From Moniliella sp. 'wahieum' (lineage: Eukaryota), in contig RSEE01000063.1 in assembly GCA_003971905.1 (NCBI GenBank), positions 1 through 64,000 on the forward strand: a stretch of DNA of 64,000 bases, in the 5' to 3' direction. Of this stretch, positions 49,773-62,300 are shown piece after piece (the first letter of the stretch is position 1; every line of letters starts with the position of its first letter). Below the pieces are notes generated by a model. It saw only the letters and a list, made by a program, of their open reading frames with translations. It ran no database searches and had not been told where the DNA came from. Made by a program: the position numbers and the translations under genes.

Positions 49773-51475
49773 GTTTCCGCACCCAGCACGCGGCCCAGGG
49801 ATCGACTGGTTGATGCCAGCAAAGGGTGACTAGTAACTGCTGGCGGTGAGCCAGTGACGCGTGAAGGCGGAGGAAGGGGCGAGGCACTGGCGAGGAGCGA
49901 GGCGGCAGTGATTAATCACCTGCCCATCCGACACGGAGATCCGGCACCCGATCACCCATCCCCACCCATCACCCATCCTGCACACACGCTCGCCGCCACA
50001 CGGCCATCCCAACATTCGCTTCCGACTTGAGGCCCTCACGCTCTCAAGGCGGTGGGGAGTAGGTTTCGTTCGCTTGCTTCTTTCTCGGGAGAAGCAGCGA
50101 CCTTGCCGGCTTGGGAGCGTCGCTGTCCGCCCTCGCTCCTTTCTATCCTGCGGGCAGAGGCAGAGAGTGCGAGAGCCCATCACAGAGCAGTCTGTGTCGG
50201 TTCGTTTCTCCTCAGACTAGCTTCATCGATCATCGACTTCATTTTTGTCTGTATCTCTTTGCAACCTGGGGTATCGTTATCCCTGTTATCGAAGTTACCA
50301 CAGAGGTGTATCCTAGTCGCTCGCCCGTCCTCCACCAGCTTGCTTATTGACACAACAAATCAGGCATGCACCTTCTCTCCGACTCCCCGGCCTCACCAGC
50401 CCCACAACCCCCGCCGTTTTTTCCAGGTGATCACGTGTGACATGCGCCACGAGTGATCACACATTGGCGGAACAGAAGAGACGTTGCTCGCGTTCCGCCC
50501 GACCTCCACCGCGCTTTTTTTTTTTGCTTTCAGAAGCTCCAACCAGGCCGTGGGGGTTGGTACACTACCACCACCACACAACTTGGCCTGGCCACGCTCG
50601 ACCTTCGACCCTCGGGTCGTTGGCCCGGTTTCCTTGGGCCCGGGTTTCTCAACCCTTTTGTTATGGTAAGTCGCTTGCACCTCGCACGTGGGTATGATTC
50701 GAATCATCCAGTTCTGCTACTGAAGGATCAGTGAAGACAACCCAAAATACCAAAAAACCTATGACCCTTCCCCCCCCTCTAGGCTCCAGACCAGAACGTC
50801 TGCCTTATATGCTCATTTGCTGACTTGGCTCTTTTTTTGTTGTCCAGTATGGTAGTGTGCTTGATGCAAGTGTCTGGCGGAGATGATTCTATCCCTTTAT
50901 GAGCTGGTGAGCACGTGGCTTGACCACGGCATACTATGAGCCTGCTCTACTATGCACCACCATCTGAGCCTTCCCGTGACCGCGAGCAGCGATGCGATTC
51001 ATGAGCATCGTTGACATGAAGGACGGACTGAACTGACCCTTTTCCCCCCTTGTCCCTCTTTGTGGCATCGTTTTGTTTTCCCCAGTATTCTTCCTTACCC
51101 ACCTGACCCGACCTGCATGTATATCTGTATCTGTATCTGTACTTGCATTGCAACTCCAACTCCATCTCTTGTGTGTGTCTTGCGTAGTCTTCTTTCGTTC
51201 GCTTGTACCTTCTCCACCCTTCCGTTCCGCGTGCACCGTGGCCGAACCACATTTGTTGCATGCTCCACTTGCCAACCCAGGACAAGAGGAGAGCAACCAG
51301 CGTGCAAGGTGGAAGCCAAACCCGTTTTTGCTCTTTGTTTCCCCTTGGGCCTTTCTGATGCGTTGTCGGACGTCATACGGGCTGGGTAAGGATCGCCAAT
51401 CACCTGTCACCAATCACCAATCGTCCATCCCCCTTGTCCAAAAGCCAACCTCCAGAGTCACTAGTCCCGAGGCAC

Positions 51476-53910
51476 TTAGTCGTTGTGGCTAATCAGACCG
51501 AACAGCTGCCTTCCCCTGCCCACCAGTCCCACCGCTCCAACGAGCACGAGCGGGAACAAGACCCACGCCGCGCGCCCGCCCGCCCAAACCGAAGCCAGAG
51601 CCACCAAGAGAAAAACGTAATCGCCTCCCTCGCGGATGCGCTGCGGGTAACAGTACAGGTCCCCCCGACTTTTCCACGAGGAAGAGGAGCAGGACAAGCA
51701 GCGCGCCGTCGGTGGTTGGACCGGTGGCGGTGGGTAGTAGCAGTGGTGTTGGTGGACGTTGGTGAGGTCAGACACGTGGTCTTGGAGAAGGATGGGGACA
51801 GCGGGGCGGCAGGATCAGGTGGCACAACCAAGCCCATACGTTCTTGTTGGTATCTGACCAAAGGATGGTGCGTAGCCAAGTCGGCCGTCATCCACAACGG
51901 TTCGTTCTCTTGCTCTTGCTCTTGTTCTTGTGCATGGGCACTGCCTAGCAAACGTGGTCCCAATGGCGTTGACGCCGGGTGCCGGGTTAATGTGTGCCGT
52001 CGCTGACGCTGCCGTCGACGTAGACGCGCTTCTTCCCGTACATGGTCTCGATTGGCATCCGACTCTTCCTCGCTCACCCAGCCCGCAGTCCTGCGCAAGG
52101 CGCTGCAGGTCTTCCAGGATCTCCTCGGCCGAAGGACGAGCAACAGGGTCCAGTTGCAGTAGCCGCGCCAGGAGCGGGACAAAGATTTGACACGTGTGCA
52201 GGTTGGTTAACATCTCGGCCGCTCTGTATGCGCGGGCAGGTTAGCGTGTGTGGCAGCAATGTGTGGAAGGTGAGGGGGTGGGGGGGGGGAGGAAAAACGT
52301 ACTCGTCCTGCCACCCACTGTAAGTCAGCATCTCTTCTCGTAATTGGTCCACATCTTCTACTTGCGAGTAGGGCAGCCGGAGAAAGATGAGCAAATGGAG
52401 GATCATGCCAAACGACCAAATGTCCGCTTTGGCCGACAGTTCGTCCAGCAGGCCCGTACGTGCATTGACCCGGACCGCTTCGGGCGCCATGAATTCCATT
52501 GTGCCCGTGTGGCCGGACCGTCGGCGGCGCCAATTGTCATGCAACAGCGCGCTCGAACCAAAGTCCGACAACAGCACCGTCGGCGTCAAGGCATCTTCCG
52601 ACCAGTGCAACAGGCAATTGGCAGGCTTGACATCCAAATGCAAAATCCCTTTGCTGTGCAGGAACCCCAAGCCCGTAATGATGTCCCGCCCGAGACTTAG
52701 CCTCGTCTTCCCGCAGCAAATGGACCGCCACGCCTGCGGGGGCGGTGTGAGCGCGTCGCCGTAGTCGGAAGGCCGCTTTGAGCTTTTCTGCACGACTGGC
52801 CAGGCCACTCGCCACGGGGCGTCGACGGACCCGAGTCGAGCGGACGACCGGACCGGCTCGTGATCCAACTGCATCGCATCAGTCTCGGTCAGGACGGGAA
52901 CGGCACGATGGATAGGATGGCATGGCATGGCATGACATGCACCCCACGGAGAAAACCCCAAATTCCAGCAAGGGAGCCAAGCAACGTACTCTTCCAGGGA
53001 GCCGCCATTGGCGGCGGCCATGAGAATGAAAAGCGTAGGTACCGTGGGTGCAAACGTAGAGGCTTGTGCATTCTCAATCCAAGCATGTTGGTAGTGAATA
53101 ATGTTGGGGTGCTGCAGCGTCTCCATCAACAAGACCTCTTTCAAACTGTCGAGCAAGACTTGCTGGTCGTCTCCGCACGGCATCTTTTTCACCGCATACC
53201 CCGAGTTTGTTGCCATTAAGCACATGCTGGCACAGGTACACTTGGCCGCGAGCGCCGCGGCCCAGCTTCTTGATCTGGGTAAAGAAACGGCGGTAGTACC
53301 CCGGAGCGGTGGAGGAGGCGTCAATCGACGTTGGCCGGTGCGGGCTGGAAGATTGGCGTGGGGTGCCCGGAACAGAGTGGCCCTCGTCGTCAAGGGAAGA
53401 GATGCGGCCAGGACCGGGAAGGGAGGCCCATGGGTCCGGGGCAGGTGCGGCAGGAGGATCACTTTCGACGCGCGGGCCAGCCTCGAGGAGGCGGAAGTAG
53501 TTGGGGGCAGTAAAGGAGGACTGGGACTGGAACGGGAAGCCGAAGCTGGTGGATGCGGGAGGGGCGAGGGCGCAGCGGGCTCAGGATAGTCGGGTGGAAA
53601 GGTCAGGGCGGTGGCAGGTGGGGCAGAGCGGTGGCGGGACGAGTGGTCGTCGCGCGGGTTGAGCTGGAGCTGGTGGTAGGCGGGGTAGGAGCCTGCCACG
53701 AGGCGGGCTCGGGGGGGGGGAGGAGAGCGGCGTAGGGGGGCGGACGAGGGCGCTGGGAGGGCGGGGCGCGGGCGGGCGGAGGGAGAGGGAGTGGGAGGCG
53801 GGGCTGTAGTACGCGGCGTGGTCGTGGGAGCGCAGGACGAGCTGCAGCTGGCTGTCGTCGGGCCCCAGCAGCTCCATGGGCTCGGCGGGCGGCGTGGGCT
53901 GGGCGGCCAT
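51476..53910 (-). CDS. IKS1: IKS1-family Ser/Thr protein kinase with hydrophobic C-terminus; intron about 52874-52988
   Basis: QLVLRSHDHAAYY; YYRRFF...LGRGARGQVYLCQHVLNG; YAVKKMPCGDD; HPNIIHYQHAWIE; PTVPTLFILM..ANGGSL; HLDVKPAN; SDFG; GHTGTMEFMAPE. Confidence 0.88.
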
Positions 53911-56900
53911 GGCGGGAGGCGCGATGGAGGGCGGGTGGCGAGCGGGCGAGTGAGGCAGACGCGGCGGCGGCGCCCTTGGAGTGGAGCTGCCTCGGAAACT
54001 TGTGGACGCCGTGCTCGCCCGCCCCAGCCCGCAGCGCCCACACACCCACGCCCGCCCTAAAGTGGGGCGACGCATGACGCAACGCACGTGACCTCCCCTC
54101 GCCAGCCACGCACGGGCCACACATCCATCCTGCAAAACGCAACACCCATCCATCATCGCCCATGGCGCCGCTGGCAGGCCCATCTCAGCTTACATCTGGT
54201 CCCCTCTCTTCTCTCCAAAAAAGGTGTATACGCCTCGCTTGCCTTCTCGGCCCCACTCCTCAGAAGGAACAGGGGGGCCAGATCTGCAAGAGAGGGCAAA
54301 CCTCCTACGTGATATAGGATTGTCAGTGCCATCATGCATGCAGCTGACACGCATCACGCACCCGCGCTGTTCTATCCAACTTTCCCCTATGTTCTGCACC
54401 TAACGGGCTCCTCTCTTGGATTAGATCCACCACTTTCTCCCTCCCTCTCTTCTCTCTCTAGGAATTTGTCCTCTTTAACAAGGATTCACACCGGGGGCCC
54501 ACACGAGCCTAAAGTGAGCCAAAAAAGTGCCCCTTAGCACGGCATGACCTGAGTAGTGTGATTCTGATAGATGTGCCTAGGCGGAGAGCGCAGGATAGAG
54601 GCAAACCAAGTATATGGAGAAGGCGCCGTTGTCTGTACCTTATGGATGAGCAATTGTGGACGATCAATCAATGGTGGGCGAAGAAGGTCAATAAGTAAGA
54701 CGCCAACATTATCAATTAAAAAGACATCCCTGGCAATGGGGAAGGTCATATATCGTGGAGGAAACCTGTCACTATACGAACCCCTTTGTCTCCATCACTG
54801 CACGAAGGAAAAACTACAAGGAAAACCAAGCACGAAGTAGAGGAAGAACAGCGGGATCGACGGGCACTAATATACTGTTTCTTTGGGGCGCAATCTTCAC
54901 AAGAATGACCGTTCCCGAATGCCGAGGGGGGGGAGAAAACATACGGGCTAGCTGTCCTCCGGCCCCAGTGGAGATGAATTCAACACATGGTGGGTAAGAA
55001 CAGACAGATGAACAGATAAGGGGCGACACAGCAATAATGTAGCCCAAATGACACGTATAGGTCGATGTTTTGCCCGCTGGACCTCCACCAGGTCCACGTG
55101 GGTTCGACTGCTCTACGATCCTTGCTTGGAAGAGGGTAAGTGCGAGCTCCGTCATCACAGTTGCCAGACTGGTCCAGTATATCGGGCGTTACATCGGATG
55201 CAAAAATCTGCCGAGAGCCTATATCAATGTGGACACTGGATCCCCATCACAAAAAAGGCTTCAATGTCCTCACGCTTGTTGACTCATTGGACGAGTCGGC
55301 GTTCGTATCTCTCTACTCCAACGAGGAGATGGAATTACCAAGGGACGGCTCATCCACATGAAAACAGGAACCTCTACACTGCCGGAGCAGAGAATGGTCC
55401 GAAACGCTAAAAGCCCTCTTGCATGCTTCAGTGGGAGCAAAACGTCTGGGGGTAAGGCGTAGTAGGCGACAGAAGGCCAAGAGATCGCGTACTAGGCTCA
55501 GCCTGAGCGCTCAACCAGGCTCGCTGGCCCGTGCTTCTTCGTCAGTGAAATATGCAATGAGAGTCCTGGCGACTGAGCTGATGATGTATATATCTGCCAC
55601 TGGTTGTGCGGTAGCTACGGATCCGACGGTCATCGAGGGTCATCACTAGTACGGCATCCACGTTATATTACGGTATCCACAATTCTGGTGCAACTCCATA
55701 TCAGATGGCTGGTGCAGCCAACATCGTCGACACAAACTGATGACTAGTGACTGACCGGCCCAGGGGCCCTGAGGACATTGCACTTTCCCACACCACACCG
55801 GTCTCCCACCTAGGACTGGAACGGGGGCTGCTCATATATGTGCTGTTGATGCGACTGGATCCAGTCCGGAGATGTGTAGCGACGTCCTGGTTCACTCGGC
55901 TATGGAGATCGCAATGGTGATGATGAAGCGTTTATGTAGCGTAGGCGATCGGTTGCGGGCGAGAGTTAGGCGTTGGTGGTAGAAGCAGGACAAGGGCTAC
56001 AGGAGAAGATTACTAGTCGTTGGCTTACGCGAGTACGCGCGCATCAGCAGTCCTCTCGGAGCCCGCGGAGCCTCGGGGCCAATGATTAATGAGGCCGGAA
56101 GTGTACCGCGGTCGGTGAAGCCAGTTACCGTCGCAACAGATTCCCCGCGAAACGAAAGGCTATTACATCCAGGGCAAGTTTACAGGTCAGGTGATCCATC
56201 GGATTGTTGCTGATGCACAATGCAAGAGAGAGTACAGAGGGAACGGAACGGAACGGAGCGAGACAAGAGAGGGGAATGAAGTTCTCTCAGATTTCAACGA
56301 AGGGAGAGGTGTGTAGAAGGAGGTGAGTTGTCGTGAGAAGAAAACTGTGGAGTAGAAGAAGCATGGGGCCGAAGCAATTCAGAAAAGTGTGGGGCCGAGG
56401 GCCTCTCTCAGGCCTCATCACACGCACACCCCCACAGCTGAGCCTCAGGCCTCACACATCATGTCTTGACGAGAGAGACATGTACAGCCCAAGGCAGGAT
56501 AGTCTCGATTATGCATAGAGTCGGACATCGCGACTGACCAACACAAAAGCGCCCCAACACTGGTGGAAGCCCACAACTACATTGGTAGCAGAGATTCAAA
56601 GTCCGCTGTGTGGATTCGACGTTCACGTTCAACGTTCAACGTTCAATGGGGAGCAGATCGGCCCTCCCTGACAGAGAGGAACGGAGGCATGTAGCAAGTG
56701 TGGTTGTCGATGTCAACCTCTCTCTGTGGGGTGTACCAAGATGAGGAGTGTGTACGTACCCCACAGTTGTTTGGGGATGAAGTGCTGAAGAATTAATGAT
56801 GAATGATGAATGATTCACTACGGAAGTAGTATTGAGTAGTACTGCGTAGAGTGACATAATGTGAGTACGGAGTACGGCGTACGGAGGGAGAACTGAGTCC

Positions 56901-59358
56901 CGGAGGCCTCAGCGGGCCGGAGCGCTATTAAGCAACTGAGTACCTGAACGTCTGAGCGTTCCAGTCGAGCCTGTTGAGCCCCGAGCACGGACAAATATGT
57001 TTTTAGGAAGGAGAAAAAAAGCGCAAAAGTCATTACTTGTGGGTTCTTTTTTGCCTCTCCCCGTTCTCGCCTCTCCCCGTTTCGGCCATCGCATCATCAT
57101 GCATCAGCCGTGCATCCGCGGCAGCAGACGGCAGCTCTGGTATACAGGCGGAAATAAGAGCGGGGGCAAGGCAAACACACGGAACACAGACCCTTCTACG
57201 GGACAAATCGAACGCCAACTTACCGGTTAATTATTACCCCCCCCCCCCCCCCCCCGGCTGGCCACATATAATTCAGAGAGAATGCTTCATCTGGCCAGTG
57301 TGCGATCATACTGTGTGAGACAACAGATTCTCGCACATGTCTGTCCGATACGCTCTCGTCTCAATCTATTCTATTCACTCAGTAGTGCGGCTATTGCATT
57401 CATCTGATCATCAATCGATGCACGCGACGCAACGTTGAGTTCAACGCCGAGTTCAGCTGAACTGAGGACACTCAGTACTCAGTTGAGTATACTCAGGTAC
57501 TCAGGACTCTTCAGAACTTAGATTGCATGGTGTACTGAATCTGAAAGTACTGAATCTCAGAGTAAAATGAATCTTAGTATACTAAGTGGACGTTCAACGT
57601 CCAACGTGTTCAACTTGAACACTCAGTACATTGGAAAACATTCATCGATCGTCCATCGTTCCATATATGCCTCTTGCCGTTGTGCAAACACTCGTCTCTA
57701 TTTTGCGCTTAATACATCTCGTCTGTCAGCGGTACAATGACGCTCAAGACAGGAAATGAAAAAACGCAGCGCTTCCCAGGCGCTTCCCAGGCTGGCTCAG
57801 TACTCAGTCGCTTTCACAAGAAAACACGCTTGTGGCACATCAGTACTCAGTGGCGCGTCCCTGGTAAACGTTTAATTGGCCTCAAGGCCTGAGGGAGGCG
57901 TTCTGAGTGAGGCAGGTGATGGGTGGGTGGGTTTCAGAAGGTGGAGACAACCGGCAGGGTTGGGGCGGCGGGGATGCAACCGGTGTTCGGGATGGGTGAT
58001 TACATAGTCATGATGGGTGATCGATGACGAGTAGATCAACAGAGCGGGGTGAAAGCAGGTGAAAGAGCGTGGGGAACTTGAGTATTCATGAATCATTCAC
58101 TCTGCGATCTCACCGATCACCGATCTCTCTGTTCTCAGATCTGACTTTCACCACTTGGTTCAGCTAAGCACTAACCGGTAACCGGTAACCGGCAACGATA
58201 GTCGATAGACGACGATAGCTCCGTACCGTCACCTTAATAACGTACTCGCTGCACTCCCATGCACAGTGCTCCGTTGCTCAGCGCATCTCCATGGGAATAG
58301 GGACGCTGCTTCCTTGCAATTCACAGACACCACTGGGAGATGCGAACGCGAATCGGGAGTGTGGGTGGGGAGAGACGGTAGCCACCGGTCACTGGCTGGT
58401 CACTAGGCCACTGTAAGCAACTTAGTCACGGCCACCCGGCTGGGCTGCTGGGCTGTGGAGATGGGAGATAGGGCCATGGACTGATACAGATGCGGCGCAG
58501 TGCGAGTGGTCCATGATCTGCTGGCGCCCACAGCAGCACCACACCCGCCCCAACCCACAACTGCGCCGGGATGGAAAAGGTACGAATCGACAGCAGAGCA
58601 ATGTGAGAGCAGGCCTGGTAGGCGGCGCTGGGGGCCACGGGCAACGACGACGGCGGGGGAGATAGATAGTCGATTGCAGGGGATGATGCCGGGGATGCCA
58701 GGATGCGCAGAAGAAATCATCGATGAGGGGAACGCGCAGGCGGAGGCGAGGCGGCGTGGCGCGTGGTGGTGGCCTCGGTTGATGCTACTGCTACGTAGGC
58801 GCGGCGGACGGCGTTAGTGAGCACGGGGGCTGCTGGTGTGCTGCGCGGCGGTTGCCACATGCCGGTCCTGCCGCTGAGCGCTGCGCACAGATGGATGATG
58901 GATGACGCAATGACGCGCGTCGCGGCTCCCACGGCGCCTGTGCTGCCCCGCTGGCCACCAACCCCGCTCGGCGGCGGCACATCCCCACCGCACCACAGCG
59001 CTCTGGCGCACCGCGGCTCAGCACGCAGTGCCCGCCTGCCTCGCCGCCGTTTTGCAGGCAGGCATGTGCACCCTATCGCCCTTGCATCGCCCTGCATCGC
59101 CCTTGCATCCGCCGCAGCTGAAAGCCGCTCCCGCACCGCACCAGTGTCCGCCCGCCCTCTCGCGCTCTGGGCCACCCCAAGCGGCCGCATTCATCATCCT
59201 GCCCTTCCGCGCTCCCCATCTTTCCCCTCCTTCTCGTCCCTTTTCAGTCCCCGCCCCCGCCCACCACCTCTCCCACCCCCTCCCTCCCCTCCCCCCTCCC
59301 CCACCCCTCCTCCTCGTGCTCGCGTTGCTGGCGGCCACGCCGCTTGCTCTTCCCCCCC

Positions 59359-62300
59359 ATGTCCAACGAGATCCCCATGGGCCCCATGCCCATCGCCGAC
59401 GGCTACGCCGGCAACCTCACCCCCACCCAGACCGAGAAGCTGCGCCAGTTCTGGGCCGGCTATTTGACTGGGTCGCCAAGGCCACCGGCACCGGCGCAGC
59501 CGCCTCCTCTTCCGCCGCCACCGCGCCCACGACGCCAAGAACGCTCCCAGGGCGATGCTGCCAAGGAAGCGGCCCGCATCCAGGAAGAGCAGGCCAACCT
59601 CAATGCCCTCCTCGACTCGTACGGCCCGACTCGCTCAAGCGCGCCCTGTGGGAGTTCATCAAGATGGACAACCCCGACAGCATCTGCCTCCGCTTCCTCC
59701 GTGCCCGCAAGTGGGACGTGACTCGCGCCCTGGGCATGTTTGCTGGCTGCCTCAAGTGGCGCCTGGACAATGGCGTGCAGGAGCTCGTCGAAGGCGGCGA
59801 TCTGACCAATGGCGCCAAAATTGAGAAATTCCTCGACCAGCAACGCTCGGGCAAGACCTACTCCAATGGCGCTGCCGGCGGCACCAATGTGGCCCCCATT
59901 CCCATTTGTTACATCCACGTCAAGAAGCACTTCACCAATGGCCAGCCGGCGTCGTCGATGGAGAAGTATGTCATTTACGCCATGGAGACCTTCCGTTGCC
60001 TGATGCAGCCCCCAGGTGACAAGGCCATCATGTTTTTCGACTTGACTTCGTTTGGGGTCAAGAACATGGACTGGTCCTGCATCTTGTTCATTGTCAAGTG
60101 CTCGAAGCGTTTTACCCCGAGTCGTTGGCGGTGCTATATGTGCACAATGCGCCCTGGGTCTTTCCGGCATCTGGAAAGTGCTTAGCCCCATGCTCGACCC
60201 GGTGGTGCGGTCCAAGATCCAGTTCACCAAGTCGGCCAAGGACGTCGTTGCCAATGTAACCGGCCGATCATATGATCGCTTCGCTTGGGGCAACAACACA
60301 CAAACGAGTTCGAGTTTATCGAGCCTGGTCCCGGCGAGAACGACAAGCAGAAGGACACGAAGGTCAAACCTCAACTGCTTCAGCGATACCAAGATTTGGT
60401 CAATGCGTATGAGGAGGCTACCAAACGCTGGATCGACACCAACGGCACCGAGTACGTGACCCTTTCTTAGTGCATTTTTTCCCTCCATGCCTTTCCCACT
60501 GACGTTGCCTTACCTTTTTTTGCCTTCTTGAAGCCCATCGATCGAAGAGGAGCGCAACCTGCTCTTCAAAAAGCTCCGCGTTGCCCAGTTTGACGTGGAG
60601 CCCTACACCCGGGCCTGACTTGCTATCATCGCTCGCGGGCGTAATCGATGGCCAAGGTGTCACCCGCTGGAAGTACATCAACAATGGCCAACCCAAGTAC
60701 CAAGTTATTGGCCGCACTTCGTGCGCCGCTGCTTTGCGCCGCGAGATTTACGAGATGGAGACCAAGGGTCTCTCTTCTCCCAGGTCGAGGCCGCATCCGA
60801 AGCAGCAGCCAAAAAACGTGACTGGGTTGCTCTCTATGGCGACCCGCAGCGGGCGATTCAGGTCGAAGGGAATTCCGAAGTACGCGGTTCGGAAGGTATC
60901 CTAACGGGTGTCCAATACGACTTTACGGCGCCTCCTGGCCAATCGCAGCCAGCGGCCGCACCATCCGCCGCTCACCCCCAGGCCCGGAATGCCCCTCACT
61001 CTTCAAGCCAGTCCGCGCTGCTGCTGCTGCTGCTCCTGCAGGTATCGCGGCCGGGGCTGGTATGGCAGGAGTAGGTGCGGTGGCTGCCGCTTCTCACTAC
61101 GACCGCGAACCTTCCGTGGAAAACGGGGTGGGGAAGGTCGTCGGATGTGGCACCCCAGGTCCGTCGTTGGCAGCCGGGCAAGTACAAGTATATTGAACTG
61201 GGCGGTCCCTCTGCCAAGGAGGTTGAATCCAAAGCGTTTGATTTGCCCGAAGGCACAGCCAAGACGCTCACACCAGACAAGAAGTCAAACTGCGTGAGAT
61301 GTGGAAGGTGTACTTTTCCTGGCTCGAGGGCCAAAGAAACCAGCAATCCGGTGCCCACCACAAGCATAAGGTCGACGCCGCTTCTGAGCCCGATCCGAAA
61401 AGGCCAAATCAGATGCGGACAAGGAGGCACAGCGAATTGCAGAAGAGCAAGCGCAATTGGAACAACTGCTCAGCGCGTACGGTGTGACACGCTCAAGAAG
61501 GCTGCGTGGCAGTTTTTGGACTTTGATGATCCAGATGGCGCCTTGCTCCGTTTCCTCCGTGCGCGCAAATGGGACGTGTCTCGGGCGATGAACATGTGTG
61601 GTGCGACGCTGAATTGGCGGATGGAGAATGGTGTGGAGGCCTTGGTTGCGGCGGGGGAGCTGGGCAATGGCAAGACCATCCCCAAGTTCCTCGACCAACA
61701 ACGTCAGAACAAGACGTTTGCCTGTGGTACTGCCTTGAATGAGCAGCCCATCTGTGCGATTATGGTCAAGAAGCATCTGACCAATGGTCAGCCGGGCACG
61801 TCGATGGAGAAGTTTGTTATTTTCGCCATGGAATCCTTCCGTCTGTTGATGCAGCCCCCGCAAGAAAAGGTTGTGATTATTTTCTCCCTTGAAGGCTTTG
61901 GAATCAAAAGTGAGTGGAGATTGTCCTCGTTTCCCCGTTCCCGTTCCTGTCTCCCGTAACTAGTAACTGACCTGAGTGTGTTTTCCTTCTAGTATGGACT
62001 GGAACTGTGTCCTGTTTATTGTCAAGTGTCTCGAGGCTTTCTATCCCGAGTCTTGGCGTATTTACCTTTACGCTGCTCCCTGGATCTTCTCGGGGATCTG
62101 GAAAGTCCTCTCGCCGTTGCTGGACCCGGTGGTGCGGTCCAAGATTGTATTTGTCAAGACGGCGCGTGACTTTGCAGACCGCATCCCCCCGAACGCCTGA
62201 TCGAAGAAGTAGGCGGTAAAGCAGTGGATTCGTTCACCTTCCTTGAGCCCGTTGGGGGGAGAACGATGCGCAGCTGGACACGGCCGAACGCGACCGGCTT

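Noticed and set aside
52625..52645. Kinase catalytic loop HLD instead of HRD
   Set aside because: The catalytic Asp, Lys and Asn are intact, and to my knowledge HLD is common in basidiomycete IKS1 kinases.
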